Part shown: piece after piece, positions 22,301 through 32,321 of the stretch | Layout of the letters: every line of letters begins with the position of its first letter | How positions within the stretch are numbered: position 1 is the first letter of the stretch | Origin: a virus | Direction: 5' to 3' (one strand) | DNA length: 38,839 nt | IMG/VR virus record: IMGVR_UViG_3300028840_001067 | Coordinates: 1 to 38,839 of that record | Notes under the pieces: generated by a model | What the model was told of the DNA's origin: nothing | The model's input: only the letters and a program-made list of their open reading frames with translations | The model's database searches: none | Translations under genes and position numbers: made by a program

Positions 22301-24295
22301 ATGCCTAAAGCTAGTTACATACAAACCAACTTCACAGCAGGGGAATTATCACCACGACTAGAAGGCCGTGTGGATATCTCTAAGTATGCTAACGGTGTAC
22401 AAACATTAACTAATATGCTCATCTACCCACATGGAGGAGCCACGCGTAGGGGTGGTAGTAAGTATATAGCTTCAGGTAAAACTGGCACAAAGAAGGTGAG
22501 ACTGGTGCCTTTCCAGTTTTCAGTAGAGCAAGCATATGTCATAGAGTTTGGTGACCAGTACTGTAGGTTCTACAGAGACCAAACACAGATTAGCATAGCT
22601 AAAGAGATAGCTACTAACTACCTAGAGGCTGAACTATTTGAGCTTCAATTTGTCCAATCAGCTGATGTACTTTTTATTGTTCACCCTAACCACCCACCAG
22701 CACGTTTATCTAGAACGGCGGTTGATACGTTCTCTATAGCTGATGAAACATTTGAATACCCCCCGTTCCTAGATGAGAATTTAACATCTACAACAATAAA
22801 CCCCAGTGCAACTACAGGTTCGATAACGCTTACAGCATCCTCCGCCTTGTTCGCCTCTACCGACGTGGGGCGTTTTGTACGTATAGACTCGGGTGGTAAT
22901 GATGGGTATGCAGAGATTACTGGTTTTACATCCAGTACTGTGGTTAATGCTACGGTAGTGAAAACACTCCCGACATCGTCGGCTGTTACTACATGGCGCT
23001 TAGGCGCTTTCTCTGATACAACTGGATACCCATCCAGTATTGCCTTCTTTGAACAGCGTTTAATGTACGCAGGTACAACGTCTGACCCACAAACACTATG
23101 GGGTAGTAAATCTAGTATCTATAACGATTTTGAGACAGGTTCCGATGATGACGATAGTGTCAAGTATACGATAGCCTCGGACCAAGTAAACGCTATACGA
23201 TGGTTAAGTTCTGGTAAGTCTCTTACCATCGGAACTGTAGGTGGTGAGTTTCTTCTCTCAGCCTCTAGTCGTGAAGAAGCCATTACACCTAGTAATATTA
23301 AGATTGTTAGACAGACAGAGTATGGTGGGGCTTACATCCTTCCTGTCAGGGCTAATGGTGTTGTCCTATTCGTACAACGGGCTGGCAAGAAGATAAGACA
23401 GTTTACATACCAGTTTGAGTCTGATACCTATGTAGCATCAGATTTAACCTTATTATCGGAGCATATAACTCGTAATGGTTTAGTAGAGATAGATTATCAA
23501 CGCACCCCTGATTCTATTGTATGGGGTGTTCGTAAAGATGGTACATTATTAGGTATGACCTACGAAAGGGACCAAGACGTTATAGGCTGGCACAAGCACG
23601 TTATGGGAGGTGTGTCTGACGCTAACGGGACACAGGCCCAAGTGGAGAGTGTGGCTGTTATACCCTCTGATGATAGAGATGAATTATGGTTGTCTGTTAA
23701 ACGTTACGTAGATGGCGCAGAAGTGAGACATGTAGAGGTATTACAGGAAGGTAGAAGTACATTCGCTCCTGTAGACGCAGATGATTTCTTCGTAGATAGT
23801 GGTATCCAATACGACGGAGTGTCTACTACAACTATATCAGGACTTGACCACCTAGAAGGGGAGACTGTCCAAGTACTGGGTGATGGGGCAGTACAAGCGG
23901 ATAAGGTTGTTAGTTCTGGTTCTATAACTCTCGATAGAGCGGTGGAGAAGGCATCTGTAGGTTTACAATATATCTCTGATTTGGAGACAATGCGAGTTGA
24001 GGCTGGTTCTGCTGATGGTACAGCACAAGGTAAAATTAAACGTATATCGGATGTCATATTCCGTTTCTATGAAACATTAGGGGCTATGTTCGGCCCCGCC
24101 CCCGATGACCTAGACATAATTAAGTTTAGAGAAACATCTGACCCTATGGACTCAGCCCCTCCTAGATTCTCAGGAGATAAAGAGCAAGCCTTTAATGGTG
24201 ATTATGACACTGAAGGCAGAGTCTTCCTAAGACAGAGTCAACCATTACCGATGACAGTACTAGCTATCATCACTCGATTGAGGACTAATAACTAA
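22301..24295 (+). CDS. Tail nozzle / tail tubular protein B (T7 gp12 position)
   Basis: 664 aa. The N-terminus ...YIQTNFTAGELSPRLEGRVDISKYANG is typical of podoviral nozzle proteins. Gene order supports the call. Confidence 0.55.
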   Translation: MPKASYIQTNFTAGELSPRLEGRVDISKYANGVQTLTNMLIYPHGGATRRGGSKYIASGKTGTKKVRLVPFQFSVEQAYVIEFGDQYCRFYRDQTQISIAKEIATNYLEAELFELQFVQSADVLFIVHPNHPPARLSRTAVDTFSIADETFEYPPFLDENLTSTTINPSATTGSITLTASSALFASTDVGRFVRIDSGGNDGYAEITGFTSSTVVNATVVKTLPTSSAVTTWRLGAFSDTTGYPSSIAFFEQRLMYAGTTSDPQTLWGSKSSIYNDFETGSDDDDSVKYTIASDQVNAIRWLSSGKSLTIGTVGGEFLLSASSREEAITPSNIKIVRQTEYGGAYILPVRANGVVLFVQRAGKKIRQFTYQFESDTYVASDLTLLSEHITRNGLVEIDYQRTPDSIVWGVRKDGTLLGMTYERDQDVIGWHKHVMGGVSDANGTQAQVESVAVIPSDDRDELWLSVKRYVDGAEVRHVEVLQEGRSTFAPVDADDFFVDSGIQYDGVSTTTISGLDHLEGETVQVLGDGAVQADKVVSSGSITLDRAVEKASVGLQYISDLETMRVEAGSADGTAQGKIKRISDVIFRFYETLGAMFGPAPDDLDIIKFRETSDPMDSAPPRFSGDKEQAFNGDYDTEGRVFLRQSQPLPMTVLAIITRLRTNN

Positions 24296-24714
24296 TGTGT
24301 ACAGGTTTAGAGGCACTAGCTTTTGGGACTACAGCATTGGGCACCGTACAACAGGTACGAGGCCAAGAGCAAGTAGCCGTGACACAGCAGAAGCAGCTAG
24401 TACGTGAGGCGCAACTCACACAGACGCAAGCGGCATTTAAAAAGGCAGCTATAAGAAAAGACGCCGAAAGACTAGCAGGTGCTCAGAGAGCCGCTATAGG
24501 TAAGAGTGGTGTCCAAGCCAGTGGTAGTGTTATGGACGTAATGAAGCAGTCAGCAGAAGACGCAGAGTTAGCTATATTAACAGCACAATACGGGGCTGAT
24601 TTAGCTAGCGAGGCTAGACAAGAAGAAGCGCAGGCAATTAATGAGAACTTAGCTAACCAGAAGACCTCAACACTGTTACAAGGTGTTGGGGGTATATTCG
24701 GCCAGTTATTATAA
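24295..24714 (+). CDS. Internal virion protein (T7 gp13/14 position)
   Basis: 139 aa, A/Q-rich and helical. TAATG overlap with the nozzle gene. Confidence 0.5.
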   Translation: MCTGLEALAFGTTALGTVQQVRGQEQVAVTQQKQLVREAQLTQTQAAFKKAAIRKDAERLAGAQRAAIGKSGVQASGSVMDVMKQSAEDAELAILTAQYGADLASEARQEEAQAINENLANQKTSTLLQGVGGIFGQLL

Positions 24715-24724
24715 GGAGCTTGAT

Positions 24725-26773
24725 ATGCCACGCATACCGCAGCAGAATTTTAGCGCACAACCTAATCTAGCAGGAACTACCTCACGTGACACAGTAGCAG
24801 AGGCTAAAGGACGAGGCACTATACAACAAGGACAAGCATTAACACAAGTTGGGGGAGCTCTATTTCAACTAGCAGCGGCTAAGAAACAAGCTGATGATAG
24901 TGCCTATGTTACGGAAGCATTTAACAAGATATCACGCACAGAGTCCGAGCTATTCAATGAAGTATCCACACAGGGCCTAGATATAGAATTAGAAACAGGC
25001 CAAGCAGATTTCAATGGGCGTATCAAAGAGGTGCTAGATAACGCTCCTAGTAAAGAGGCTCGTGAAACCTTACAAGCACAAGCTGATAATATGTACAGTA
25101 AAAAACTATTCCCAATGTACAGTAAGTATCAGGCTAAACAGAATATTAATAAGCGCGTTAACTCCTATAAGTCAGCACAAGACGACATCCTAAAAGATGT
25201 GGCCCTAGGTCGTACTTCTTTCGAGGAAGCTGCGGAGAGAAATGAGGCTGTATTAGAAGGGATGAGTAACACATTAGGTGGTGTTGTAGATGCGTCTCAA
25301 GAGCGCGTCAACTCTTTTAACAGCTTAACTACATCACATTTATCTGGCCGTATTAATCAGGGTGATTCTCAGTCTGTAATTAGTGAGGTTAAGTCTGGTA
25401 AGTGGGACAAGTATGCAGATGCTAAAACTCTAAGTCGTATAGTAGATGTTGCCCGTAGAGACATTATACAACGTGAGAACACTAACCGCGCTGCTTACCT
25501 ATCAGGGGCTAAAGATTATGTTAACTTCCTAAAGAGCGGTCAAGATGACACTGTACTACAACAGCAGTATAGCCCTGCTGAAGTTAGGAAGTTGGTTAAA
25601 GGTGAAGAGGGTAAACGGCTAGCTGATGACATTGAAGATGCTAGAGCCTTCGGTCAGGTGATGAATGACATCAAAGATGCCTCAGTAGAAGAGTTAAACA
25701 AGATAGTAGCTAAAGAGACTCCTAAATCAGCCGAGAGATTCACACGCGAAGCACAGCAAATAAATGTTGTGACCCGTGCTATACAACAAAGACAGAAAGC
25801 TATACAAGCAGACCCCGCTGGTTATGTAAATCAGAACACACGTTTAGGGCAGTTTGCTTTCGAAGAATTACAAGAGTCTATGGCTAGTGGTAATCCTGCG
25901 CTCATCAAAGAATCTGTTACTAAGTACAACGCTGTACAGAAAGCTAACCAGATTAACATGGGGGTACGCCCTGAGAGTGTGCAACTAATTCCTAAAGCTA
26001 TGGAGGCTATGTACGTCGAAAGACTAAACGATATGAGTGAGGGCGGTCAGCAGGCGGTAGAACAGATTAACTTCCTAAAAGAAACATATGGAGATGACTT
26101 CTCATTAGTACGTAACCAGTTAGTTAATTCTGGTGGATTAAAAAGTGGTATAACTATAGTGGCTGATATGGATACCGGAATGAACCAAGTACAACTCGCA
26201 GAGGCTATAGCTATCCCTAAGAAGGAATACAAAGGTATATTAGAAGATGAAGCGTTTAAAGAGATAGTACAAGATACCAAACTACAGCTACAAGAGTTTG
26301 CAACAACAACTAATGACCCTGTGTATTTTAATGAACACAGAGAAGCTATTGAGAGATTAGCTATGAAGCTGATGGTTGATGGCTTACAAGATGATGCTGG
26401 TGATGCTATCGATGTAGCCATGGATAAGGTTATTAATGATCGTTATGAACTTATAGATGAGTACAGAATACCTCGTAAATTTAATACTACAAATGTGCAG
26501 TTTGGTGTACAGAATACTTTACAACTATTAAAGTCTGGTGAGATGGATTTACTAATACCTGAGAGTGGTCAGATAGGAAACGAAGAAGACCGTAAGGCCG
26601 TATACCTAGATAAGCTAACGCCTTATGCACACACTCTACAAGATAACACAGGTATTGTATTCACTCATAAGAATGGCGATGCAATCCTTAAATCTAACGG
26701 TGAGCCTCTAATTATTAAGTTTGAGGAGTTAGAGAAAGAAACTCCTAACTTCTTCGAGAGGTTATTCTTATGA
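24725..26773 (+). CDS. Internal virion / ejection protein (T7 gp15 position)
   Basis: 682 aa from ATG 24725, with AAGGAG 6 nt upstream (track start 24683 is an alternative codon inside the previous gene). Mostly helical. Confidence 0.55.
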   Translation: MPRIPQQNFSAQPNLAGTTSRDTVAEAKGRGTIQQGQALTQVGGALFQLAAAKKQADDSAYVTEAFNKISRTESELFNEVSTQGLDIELETGQADFNGRIKEVLDNAPSKEARETLQAQADNMYSKKLFPMYSKYQAKQNINKRVNSYKSAQDDILKDVALGRTSFEEAAERNEAVLEGMSNTLGGVVDASQERVNSFNSLTTSHLSGRINQGDSQSVISEVKSGKWDKYADAKTLSRIVDVARRDIIQRENTNRAAYLSGAKDYVNFLKSGQDDTVLQQQYSPAEVRKLVKGEEGKRLADDIEDARAFGQVMNDIKDASVEELNKIVAKETPKSAERFTREAQQINVVTRAIQQRQKAIQADPAGYVNQNTRLGQFAFEELQESMASGNPALIKESVTKYNAVQKANQINMGVRPESVQLIPKAMEAMYVERLNDMSEGGQQAVEQINFLKETYGDDFSLVRNQLVNSGGLKSGITIVADMDTGMNQVQLAEAIAIPKKEYKGILEDEAFKEIVQDTKLQLQEFATTTNDPVYFNEHREAIERLAMKLMVDGLQDDAGDAIDVAMDKVINDRYELIDEYRIPRKFNTTNVQFGVQNTLQLLKSGEMDLLIPESGQIGNEEDRKAVYLDKLTPYAHTLQDNTGIVFTHKNGDAILKSNGEPLIIKFEELEKETPNFFERLFL

Positions 26774-28071
26774 CGAATGAAGTAAGAGTTAATACCTCTA
26801 TGACATTAGAGGACATGGGTACTGAGCTCACTACAGCTCTAGGGGCTGCTGCTGAGCAGTTCTGGCAAGAGAACCCTCTACAAGCTTTGATACGTTCTGA
26901 GGAACTATCTAGAGCAGAGGGGCAGCCACAGATAACACCATCAGGTATACGCTTCCCTGAGCCTAAAGAACGTCTAGACCAAAGTGACGCTATGAAGCAA
27001 GTACAAGATGCTGGTGTAGATTTAGAGATAGGTGAGAGAGGGATTACTAAAGAAGCTCTTGAAATACTCATCTCCCGTAAGAGAGAGGAGAACAAGCGTC
27101 AAGCATTAATTCAATCCGCCCCTTCCGGTTTCTGGTCAGGTGCTGCACAGTTCGGTACGGGTTTAGCGGTCTCACTAGCCGACCCTATTAACATAGCCTC
27201 TGCGTTTATCCCTGTAGTGGGTACAGCACGTTACACAAGTATGTTAGCTAAGGCAGGTAGTACTGTAGCAAGAGCTGGCGTAAGAGCTCGTGTAGGCGCT
27301 GCTAGTGGTGTTGTTGGTGCTATTGCTGTGGAGCCTTTAGTACTCCTCCCTATGATGCAAGAGCAAGCTGATTATGGTTTATACGATAGCTTCCTTAACA
27401 TCACCTTCGGTGGTGTGTTAGGTGGTGGCTTACACGCAGGGGCGGGAGCTATAGGGGATGTTATAGCTAAGGCCAGTCCTCAAGCTAAGAGTGATGTATT
27501 GAAAGCCGCCGTAGGCCAGATGATGGATGAAGGTCAAGTTGATGTGTCTAGAGTGGCACAAGAACACTCATCGTTTCGCCAAGCTTACAGAGACGCAGAA
27601 ATCCGTAAAGTTATCGATACGCCTGATGGCGAAGTGAACCCACGTGTTAAAGCGGAATTTGATAAAGCTCTAGATGAAGTGGTTAAAAGAGAGACATCTA
27701 AATTTGAAGCTATGAATGATGAAGTAGCACGTAAGGCATTGAAGGATATAGAGGAGGGTAGACCCACTAAAGCTATGATGGATGAAGCTATATCTATAGC
27801 CAGTAAACGTGTAGACGACTTCAAAGCAGAACCGCAGATACCACCTAAACTTAAAGATGTGGGTGTAAAAGAACCTTTACAGGTAGAAGAACTAACACCA
27901 CAAAATGCATTGACTGAGTTAGACACAGAGACTCAAGATATCTTCACTGCTCTAGAGGAGTCAGGGGAAGACCTCACAGGACTAAGAGAGTCTGTAAAGG
28001 AACTAGAAACAAAGCATACCCGTGACCTAGAAGGTATTAAAGCGGGCATTATGTGCGGGATAGGGCAGTAG
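26770..28071 (+). CDS. Internal virion / ejection protein with G/A-rich membrane-like segment
   Basis: 433 aa, ATGA overlap. Hydrophobic G/A-rich stretch ...GAASGVVGAIAVEPLVLLP...FGGVLGGGLHAGAGAIG. Confidence 0.55.
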   Translation: MTNEVRVNTSMTLEDMGTELTTALGAAAEQFWQENPLQALIRSEELSRAEGQPQITPSGIRFPEPKERLDQSDAMKQVQDAGVDLEIGERGITKEALEILISRKREENKRQALIQSAPSGFWSGAAQFGTGLAVSLADPINIASAFIPVVGTARYTSMLAKAGSTVARAGVRARVGAASGVVGAIAVEPLVLLPMMQEQADYGLYDSFLNITFGGVLGGGLHAGAGAIGDVIAKASPQAKSDVLKAAVGQMMDEGQVDVSRVAQEHSSFRQAYRDAEIRKVIDTPDGEVNPRVKAEFDKALDEVVKRETSKFEAMNDEVARKALKDIEEGRPTKAMMDEAISIASKRVDDFKAEPQIPPKLKDVGVKEPLQVEELTPQNALTELDTETQDIFTALEESGEDLTGLRESVKELETKHTRDLEGIKAGIMCGIGQ

Positions 28072-28072
28072 T

Positions 28073-30589
28073 ATGAGCATAAAAGATTGTAAGGCTAGAG
28101 TAGCCGCAGCTATGGAAGGTGCATCCGACGAGGAAGTAGTAGCAGCATTTAAAGAAGCTGCCCGCATTGTTGAGGATACTAAGGGAAAGGCCACTGAAGA
28201 GATAATTAAGGAACTAGATTCACTCTTAGAAGCTTCTGCACTTGAGAAGAAAATAGAAGTACGTAATAGAGCTTTAAATGAACTGGCCAAAGTAAATATG
28301 AAAAACTTTGTTGCTCAGTTTGATGATCCCACAGAGGGTTTTGAGGCCCTACTCGTAGGTGTTAATCGTGTTAAAGGGGGAAGCCGTAATTCTGTAGCAG
28401 CAACACAGGAAGCCCTAAAAGAGGCTTACCTAAGCTCGTATGTGAATGACCTAGATAACTTAGGTAGAGCTACGTTTGATGCATACACTTCTGGTGTCTT
28501 AGATGACGATATTGTTCGTGCACTATGGGATATAGATTTCCCTGAACGCTTACAGGGGATGAACCCCGAAGCTGTTAAGATAGCTAAGGTGATTAACAAA
28601 CACCATGAGCGCGTACGTACTGATGCTAACAAGGCAGGAGCCTTTATCAAGAAAGCCCCTAGCTATGTTACACGTCAAACTCATGACATGGATAAAATAC
28701 GTAACACACCTAAAACCGAGTGGATGGACGAAGTAGTATCTCTACTGGATTCACGTACCTTTGAGGGTGTAGATAACATAGACGATTTTATGTCTAGTGT
28801 TTATGACAACCTAAGCACAGGTATACATCATGGTAGTGGTAGTGTGGCCGGATTCAAAGGTCATGCAAACCTAGGTAAGAAAGTAAGTGCTGAACGTGTT
28901 TTGCATTTTAAGGATGCAGAAGCTTACCTAACGTATAGTTCTAAATATGGTAGAGGTGGACTATCAGATAACATCATGTCAGGTATGATGCTCTCCTCTC
29001 AGAACACGGCTCTCATGCAGAAGCTAGGTGTAAATGCCGAGATGAACCTAGAAGAAGTTATGACAGCCACTAGCAAGTCATTAAAGAAGAGTGACCAAAA
29101 GAAAGCTATAGCCTTTGAAGAGGCCCGTAGGGGTAAACTAGATAACTACTACAAAACAGTGAGTGGACAAACTAGTATCCCTGCTAACCAGCTAGGTGCT
29201 TTTACTGGGCAGGTAGTAAGAGGTTTAAACTCTCTAACAATGCTAGGGGGAGCTGTAATATCAGCCTTCCCTGATACTGTATATGCAGCCAGTGAATTAC
29301 GTTACCAAGGTATGAACTATTTTGAGTCCTATGCTAAAGCCCTCTCTAGTGCTGGTGGTGCGTTAGGTGATATGGCTAAATCTATTGTTAATAGACGCCT
29401 GTCACCCCTAACGCCTGAGAAGCGTAGGGTTATGGCTGAGTTAGCTATCAGTTTAGATAGTATGACGGGAGCCTTCCGCTCTCGTTTTGATGCGTCAGGC
29501 GACCCATTAAACAGTCGAGTGTCTGATGCTATGCGTACGTTCTTCCGTCTTAATGGTTTAACACTCTGGACTGACTCTATGAGAGGTGGAGCCATTATAG
29601 GTATGGCCCAACACTTAGGGGATTTATCGGGTTCTGCTTTCGGTAAACTGCCTAAAGGCATCAAAGATACGCTCAAGCTTTATGACATAGGCGAAGGTGA
29701 GTGGGGTTTAATATCTTCAGTAGGTACTAAGACATTTGAAGGTGTCGATGGTAAATTCATCACGCCTGAATCACTAGCTGACATTAAGGACGACGCTATC
29801 AAGGCCTACCTTAAAGCTAAGGGTGTTAAGGATACTAAATTCCAGATTCAAAAAACACGAGAAGATTTACAAAGAAATTTTAGAACCTACTACGTAGACC
29901 GTAGTCAGTTTGCTGTTATAGAGCCGGATGCTAAGACTAGGGCTATGATGCTCCGTGATACACAGGCGGGTACTGTGGCGGGTGAGTTTATGCGTTCTAT
30001 TACGCAGTTCAAGTCTTTCCCTTTTGCTTTAGTGCAGCGGGTATGGGGTAGGGAGATATTCGGCAGAGAGAGCAAGCGCAGCTCTGCATTAGCTTTAGCT
30101 GAAACAGTTGTAGCCTCTACACTCTTTGGTTACATCTCAATGAGTGCTAAGGACATATTAAAGAATAGAGAACCTAGAGACCCCACGAATATTAAGACGT
30201 GGACAGCAGCCTCACTACAGGGTGGAGGAGCTGGTATCTTTGGTGATTTCTTATTCGGTGAATTGAAGCAGAGACACGGGGGTGGTGTCGTAGCCACACT
30301 AGCAGGTCCTACAGCATCACAAGCCGATACAATATTTAACCTAGTAGGTAAGGTGAGAGAGGGAGACGAGACCTCTGTTACAGCGGCTTTTAACGTATTC
30401 TACAAGAACTACGCGGGGGTGGCTGCGTTGTACTTCCCCCCAGCAGCGCTATTAAATACAGCTTATGCTAAGGCTGCTATGGATAACCTCATCTATTACA
30501 ACGTAATGGAAGCCTTGGACAGAGGTTATAAGAAGAGAATGGAACAACGAATTAAACGAGAGAATGACCAAGAGTTATTATTTAAGTGA
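28073..30589 (+). CDS. Large internal virion / ejection protein (T7 gp16 position)
   Basis: 838 aa. C-terminal hydrophobic segments (ALALAETVVASTLFGYISMSA, GGGAGIFGDFLFG). I could not recognise a catalytic motif. Confidence 0.55.
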   Translation: MSIKDCKARVAAAMEGASDEEVVAAFKEAARIVEDTKGKATEEIIKELDSLLEASALEKKIEVRNRALNELAKVNMKNFVAQFDDPTEGFEALLVGVNRVKGGSRNSVAATQEALKEAYLSSYVNDLDNLGRATFDAYTSGVLDDDIVRALWDIDFPERLQGMNPEAVKIAKVINKHHERVRTDANKAGAFIKKAPSYVTRQTHDMDKIRNTPKTEWMDEVVSLLDSRTFEGVDNIDDFMSSVYDNLSTGIHHGSGSVAGFKGHANLGKKVSAERVLHFKDAEAYLTYSSKYGRGGLSDNIMSGMMLSSQNTALMQKLGVNAEMNLEEVMTATSKSLKKSDQKKAIAFEEARRGKLDNYYKTVSGQTSIPANQLGAFTGQVVRGLNSLTMLGGAVISAFPDTVYAASELRYQGMNYFESYAKALSSAGGALGDMAKSIVNRRLSPLTPEKRRVMAELAISLDSMTGAFRSRFDASGDPLNSRVSDAMRTFFRLNGLTLWTDSMRGGAIIGMAQHLGDLSGSAFGKLPKGIKDTLKLYDIGEGEWGLISSVGTKTFEGVDGKFITPESLADIKDDAIKAYLKAKGVKDTKFQIQKTREDLQRNFRTYYVDRSQFAVIEPDAKTRAMMLRDTQAGTVAGEFMRSITQFKSFPFALVQRVWGREIFGRESKRSSALALAETVVASTLFGYISMSAKDILKNREPRDPTNIKTWTAASLQGGGAGIFGDFLFGELKQRHGGGVVATLAGPTASQADTIFNLVGKVREGDETSVTAAFNVFYKNYAGVAALYFPPAALLNTAYAKAAMDNLIYYNVMEALDRGYKKRMEQRIKRENDQELLFK

Positions 30590-30598
30590 GGATAAGCA

Positions 30599-31837
30599 AT
30601 GACTGTTTCATCAGCAATAAGTAGAAGCGATTACGCAGGTAACGGCTCGACAACGGCCTTTGCTACAGGGTTTCGTTTTCTTCAGAATTCTGACCTAAGA
30701 GTAATACTAACAGTAGACGCCACGGGTGTAGAGACTGTCCAAGTGGAGACTACCAACTATACTGTTTCAGGTGCAGGACTTGACGCGGGTGGTACTGTCA
30801 CTATGTTAGTAGCCCCCGCTAGTGGTGAGACCCTAACTATCAAGCGTGACGTCCCGCTAACGCAGGGCACAGACTACGTAGAGAATGACGCCTTCCCCGC
30901 TGAGAGTCATGAGGCGGCTTTAGATAAACTCACAATGATTGTGCAGCAGCAGAAGGAAGAACTAAATAGAACATTACGTCTTAGCGAATCACAAATAGGT
31001 ACTGGTCTAACTGTACCCGTACCTGATACTGATAAATTCTTACAGTGGGATAGCGACGGTAACTTAAAGAATGTAGACATAAGTTTACAGGGGGCTCTAG
31101 CTGTATCTAGTTTCGCTCAGACGTACTTAGATGAACTAACGGCAGCAGCTACCCGTGCAGTGTTAGAGACAAAAGAAAGTTTTACTGATTTAGATGAAAC
31201 ACCGACCTCATTCTCTGGAGAGGCTAATAAGAGAGTTAAAGTAAATTCTGGTGAGACAGCTGTAGAGTTTGTGACTGATAGCTTCACAGAGCTAGAGGAC
31301 ACTCCAGCTAACCTTACGGGAAGTGCTTATAAAGTAGCTGCGGTTAACGCGAGTGAAACTGCTCTAGAGTTTGTAACCTCTCTGAGTACAGATAACTATG
31401 CGTACTTTAGAGACGAGAAGGCCACGGGCACGGCAGGCGGTACTAGCGGAACAGGAAGTAACACACGTACTTTAAATACTACTGTAGTTAATAATATATC
31501 AGGATGTAGTTTAAGCTTTAGTCGAGTGACCTTACCAGCAGGTACATACTACGTTAGAGCTGTAAGCCCTGCCTCTAAAGCTAGTAGACATAGGATTACG
31601 TTTTATAACACAAGTACCTCTACTACTGCTTTAATAGGCAGTTCACAATTCGCTGACGCGGGAAACTTTACAGTTACATCTAGTACTCTGAATGGCGTGC
31701 TAAACGTTACCGCTACACATGTGTTTGAGCTAAGACATTACATTCAAGCGGGCTCTGCTACTACGGGCCTTGGGTTGGCTACTAATGATTCTTTAGTTGA
31801 GGTTTATGCCGAATTAGAAATATGGAGATTAACATAA
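30599..31837 (+). CDS. Tail fibre protein
   Basis: 412 aa. The N-terminus ...RSDYAGNGSTTAFATGFRFLQNSDLRV is typical of podoviral fibre N-domains. Tandem ~33-aa repeats (..DTP....G.A.K...VN..ETA.EFVT). Beta-rich C-terminus. Confidence 0.7.
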   Translation: MTVSSAISRSDYAGNGSTTAFATGFRFLQNSDLRVILTVDATGVETVQVETTNYTVSGAGLDAGGTVTMLVAPASGETLTIKRDVPLTQGTDYVENDAFPAESHEAALDKLTMIVQQQKEELNRTLRLSESQIGTGLTVPVPDTDKFLQWDSDGNLKNVDISLQGALAVSSFAQTYLDELTAAATRAVLETKESFTDLDETPTSFSGEANKRVKVNSGETAVEFVTDSFTELEDTPANLTGSAYKVAAVNASETALEFVTSLSTDNYAYFRDEKATGTAGGTSGTGSNTRTLNTTVVNNISGCSLSFSRVTLPAGTYYVRAVSPASKASRHRITFYNTSTSTTALIGSSQFADAGNFTVTSSTLNGVLNVTATHVFELRHYIQAGSATTGLGLATNDSLVEVYAELEIWRLT

Positions 31838-32121
31838 TGCGTTATGCCAAGATTGAAAATAATGAAGTTGTGCAAGTTGACTGTAACCCTAGAGAGGGTT
31901 TTGTAGAGGTGGATGATTCTATTTGCTGTGGGATGCTGTTTGATGGGGAAGACTTTTCCATCCCTAAACCAGCCCTGCCTACCATACAGGAGCAGATAGA
32001 AGCCCTAGAAGCACAACAAACACCCCGCCTTTTAAGAGAGGCACTAGAGGGACAAGCGTATGCTTTAGGCAAACTGTCCGAGATAGAAGACGCTATTCAA
32101 CTACTGAGGATCCTGCAATGA
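31837..32121 (+). CDS. Small protein downstream of the fibre (possible fibre assembly / chaperone-like)
   Basis: 94 aa from ATG 31837 (TAATG overlap). MRYAKIENNEVVQV... and the QTPRLLREAL motif resemble small proteins often found next to fibre genes (recalled, unverified). Confidence 0.5.
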   Translation: MRYAKIENNEVVQVDCNPREGFVEVDDSICCGMLFDGEDFSIPKPALPTIQEQIEALEAQQTPRLLREALEGQAYALGKLSEIEDAIQLLRILQ

Positions 32122-32312
32122 CACCAGCTATTCTACCCTACTTATTGCGGTTATTAGAGAAACTAATACCTGAGGATGAGGCAGAGAAGATAGAGAGGTT
32201 ACAGACACCGCAGCTGGTACGACAAGCTATATTGGGAGATAAAGAAGCACTAAAGAAACTTGAACAACTGGAAGAAAGAGCTAAGGTGATAGAGGAATTC
32301 GATAAAGATTAA
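32118..32312 (+). CDS. Small helical protein sharing the QTPxLxRxA motif with the preceding ORF
   Basis: 64 aa, ATGA overlap. LQTPQLVRQAILGDKEAL compares with QQTPRLLREALEGQAYAL. Confidence 0.5.
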   Translation: MTPAILPYLLRLLEKLIPEDEAEKIERLQTPQLVRQAILGDKEALKKLEQLEERAKVIEEFDKD

Positions 32313-32321
32313 GGAACCGAA

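Noticed and set aside
28073-30589. Possibility that the 838-aa protein or another large ORF is a cryptic virion RNA polymerase (N4-like hairpin promoters would then explain the arrays)
   Set aside because: I could not find the T7-like RNAP catalytic motifs (the paired Asp motifs A and C in a palm context). The size is far below N4 vRNAP. Its position and hydrophobic C-terminal segments fit a gp16-type ejection protein. This cannot be fully excluded without profile searches.
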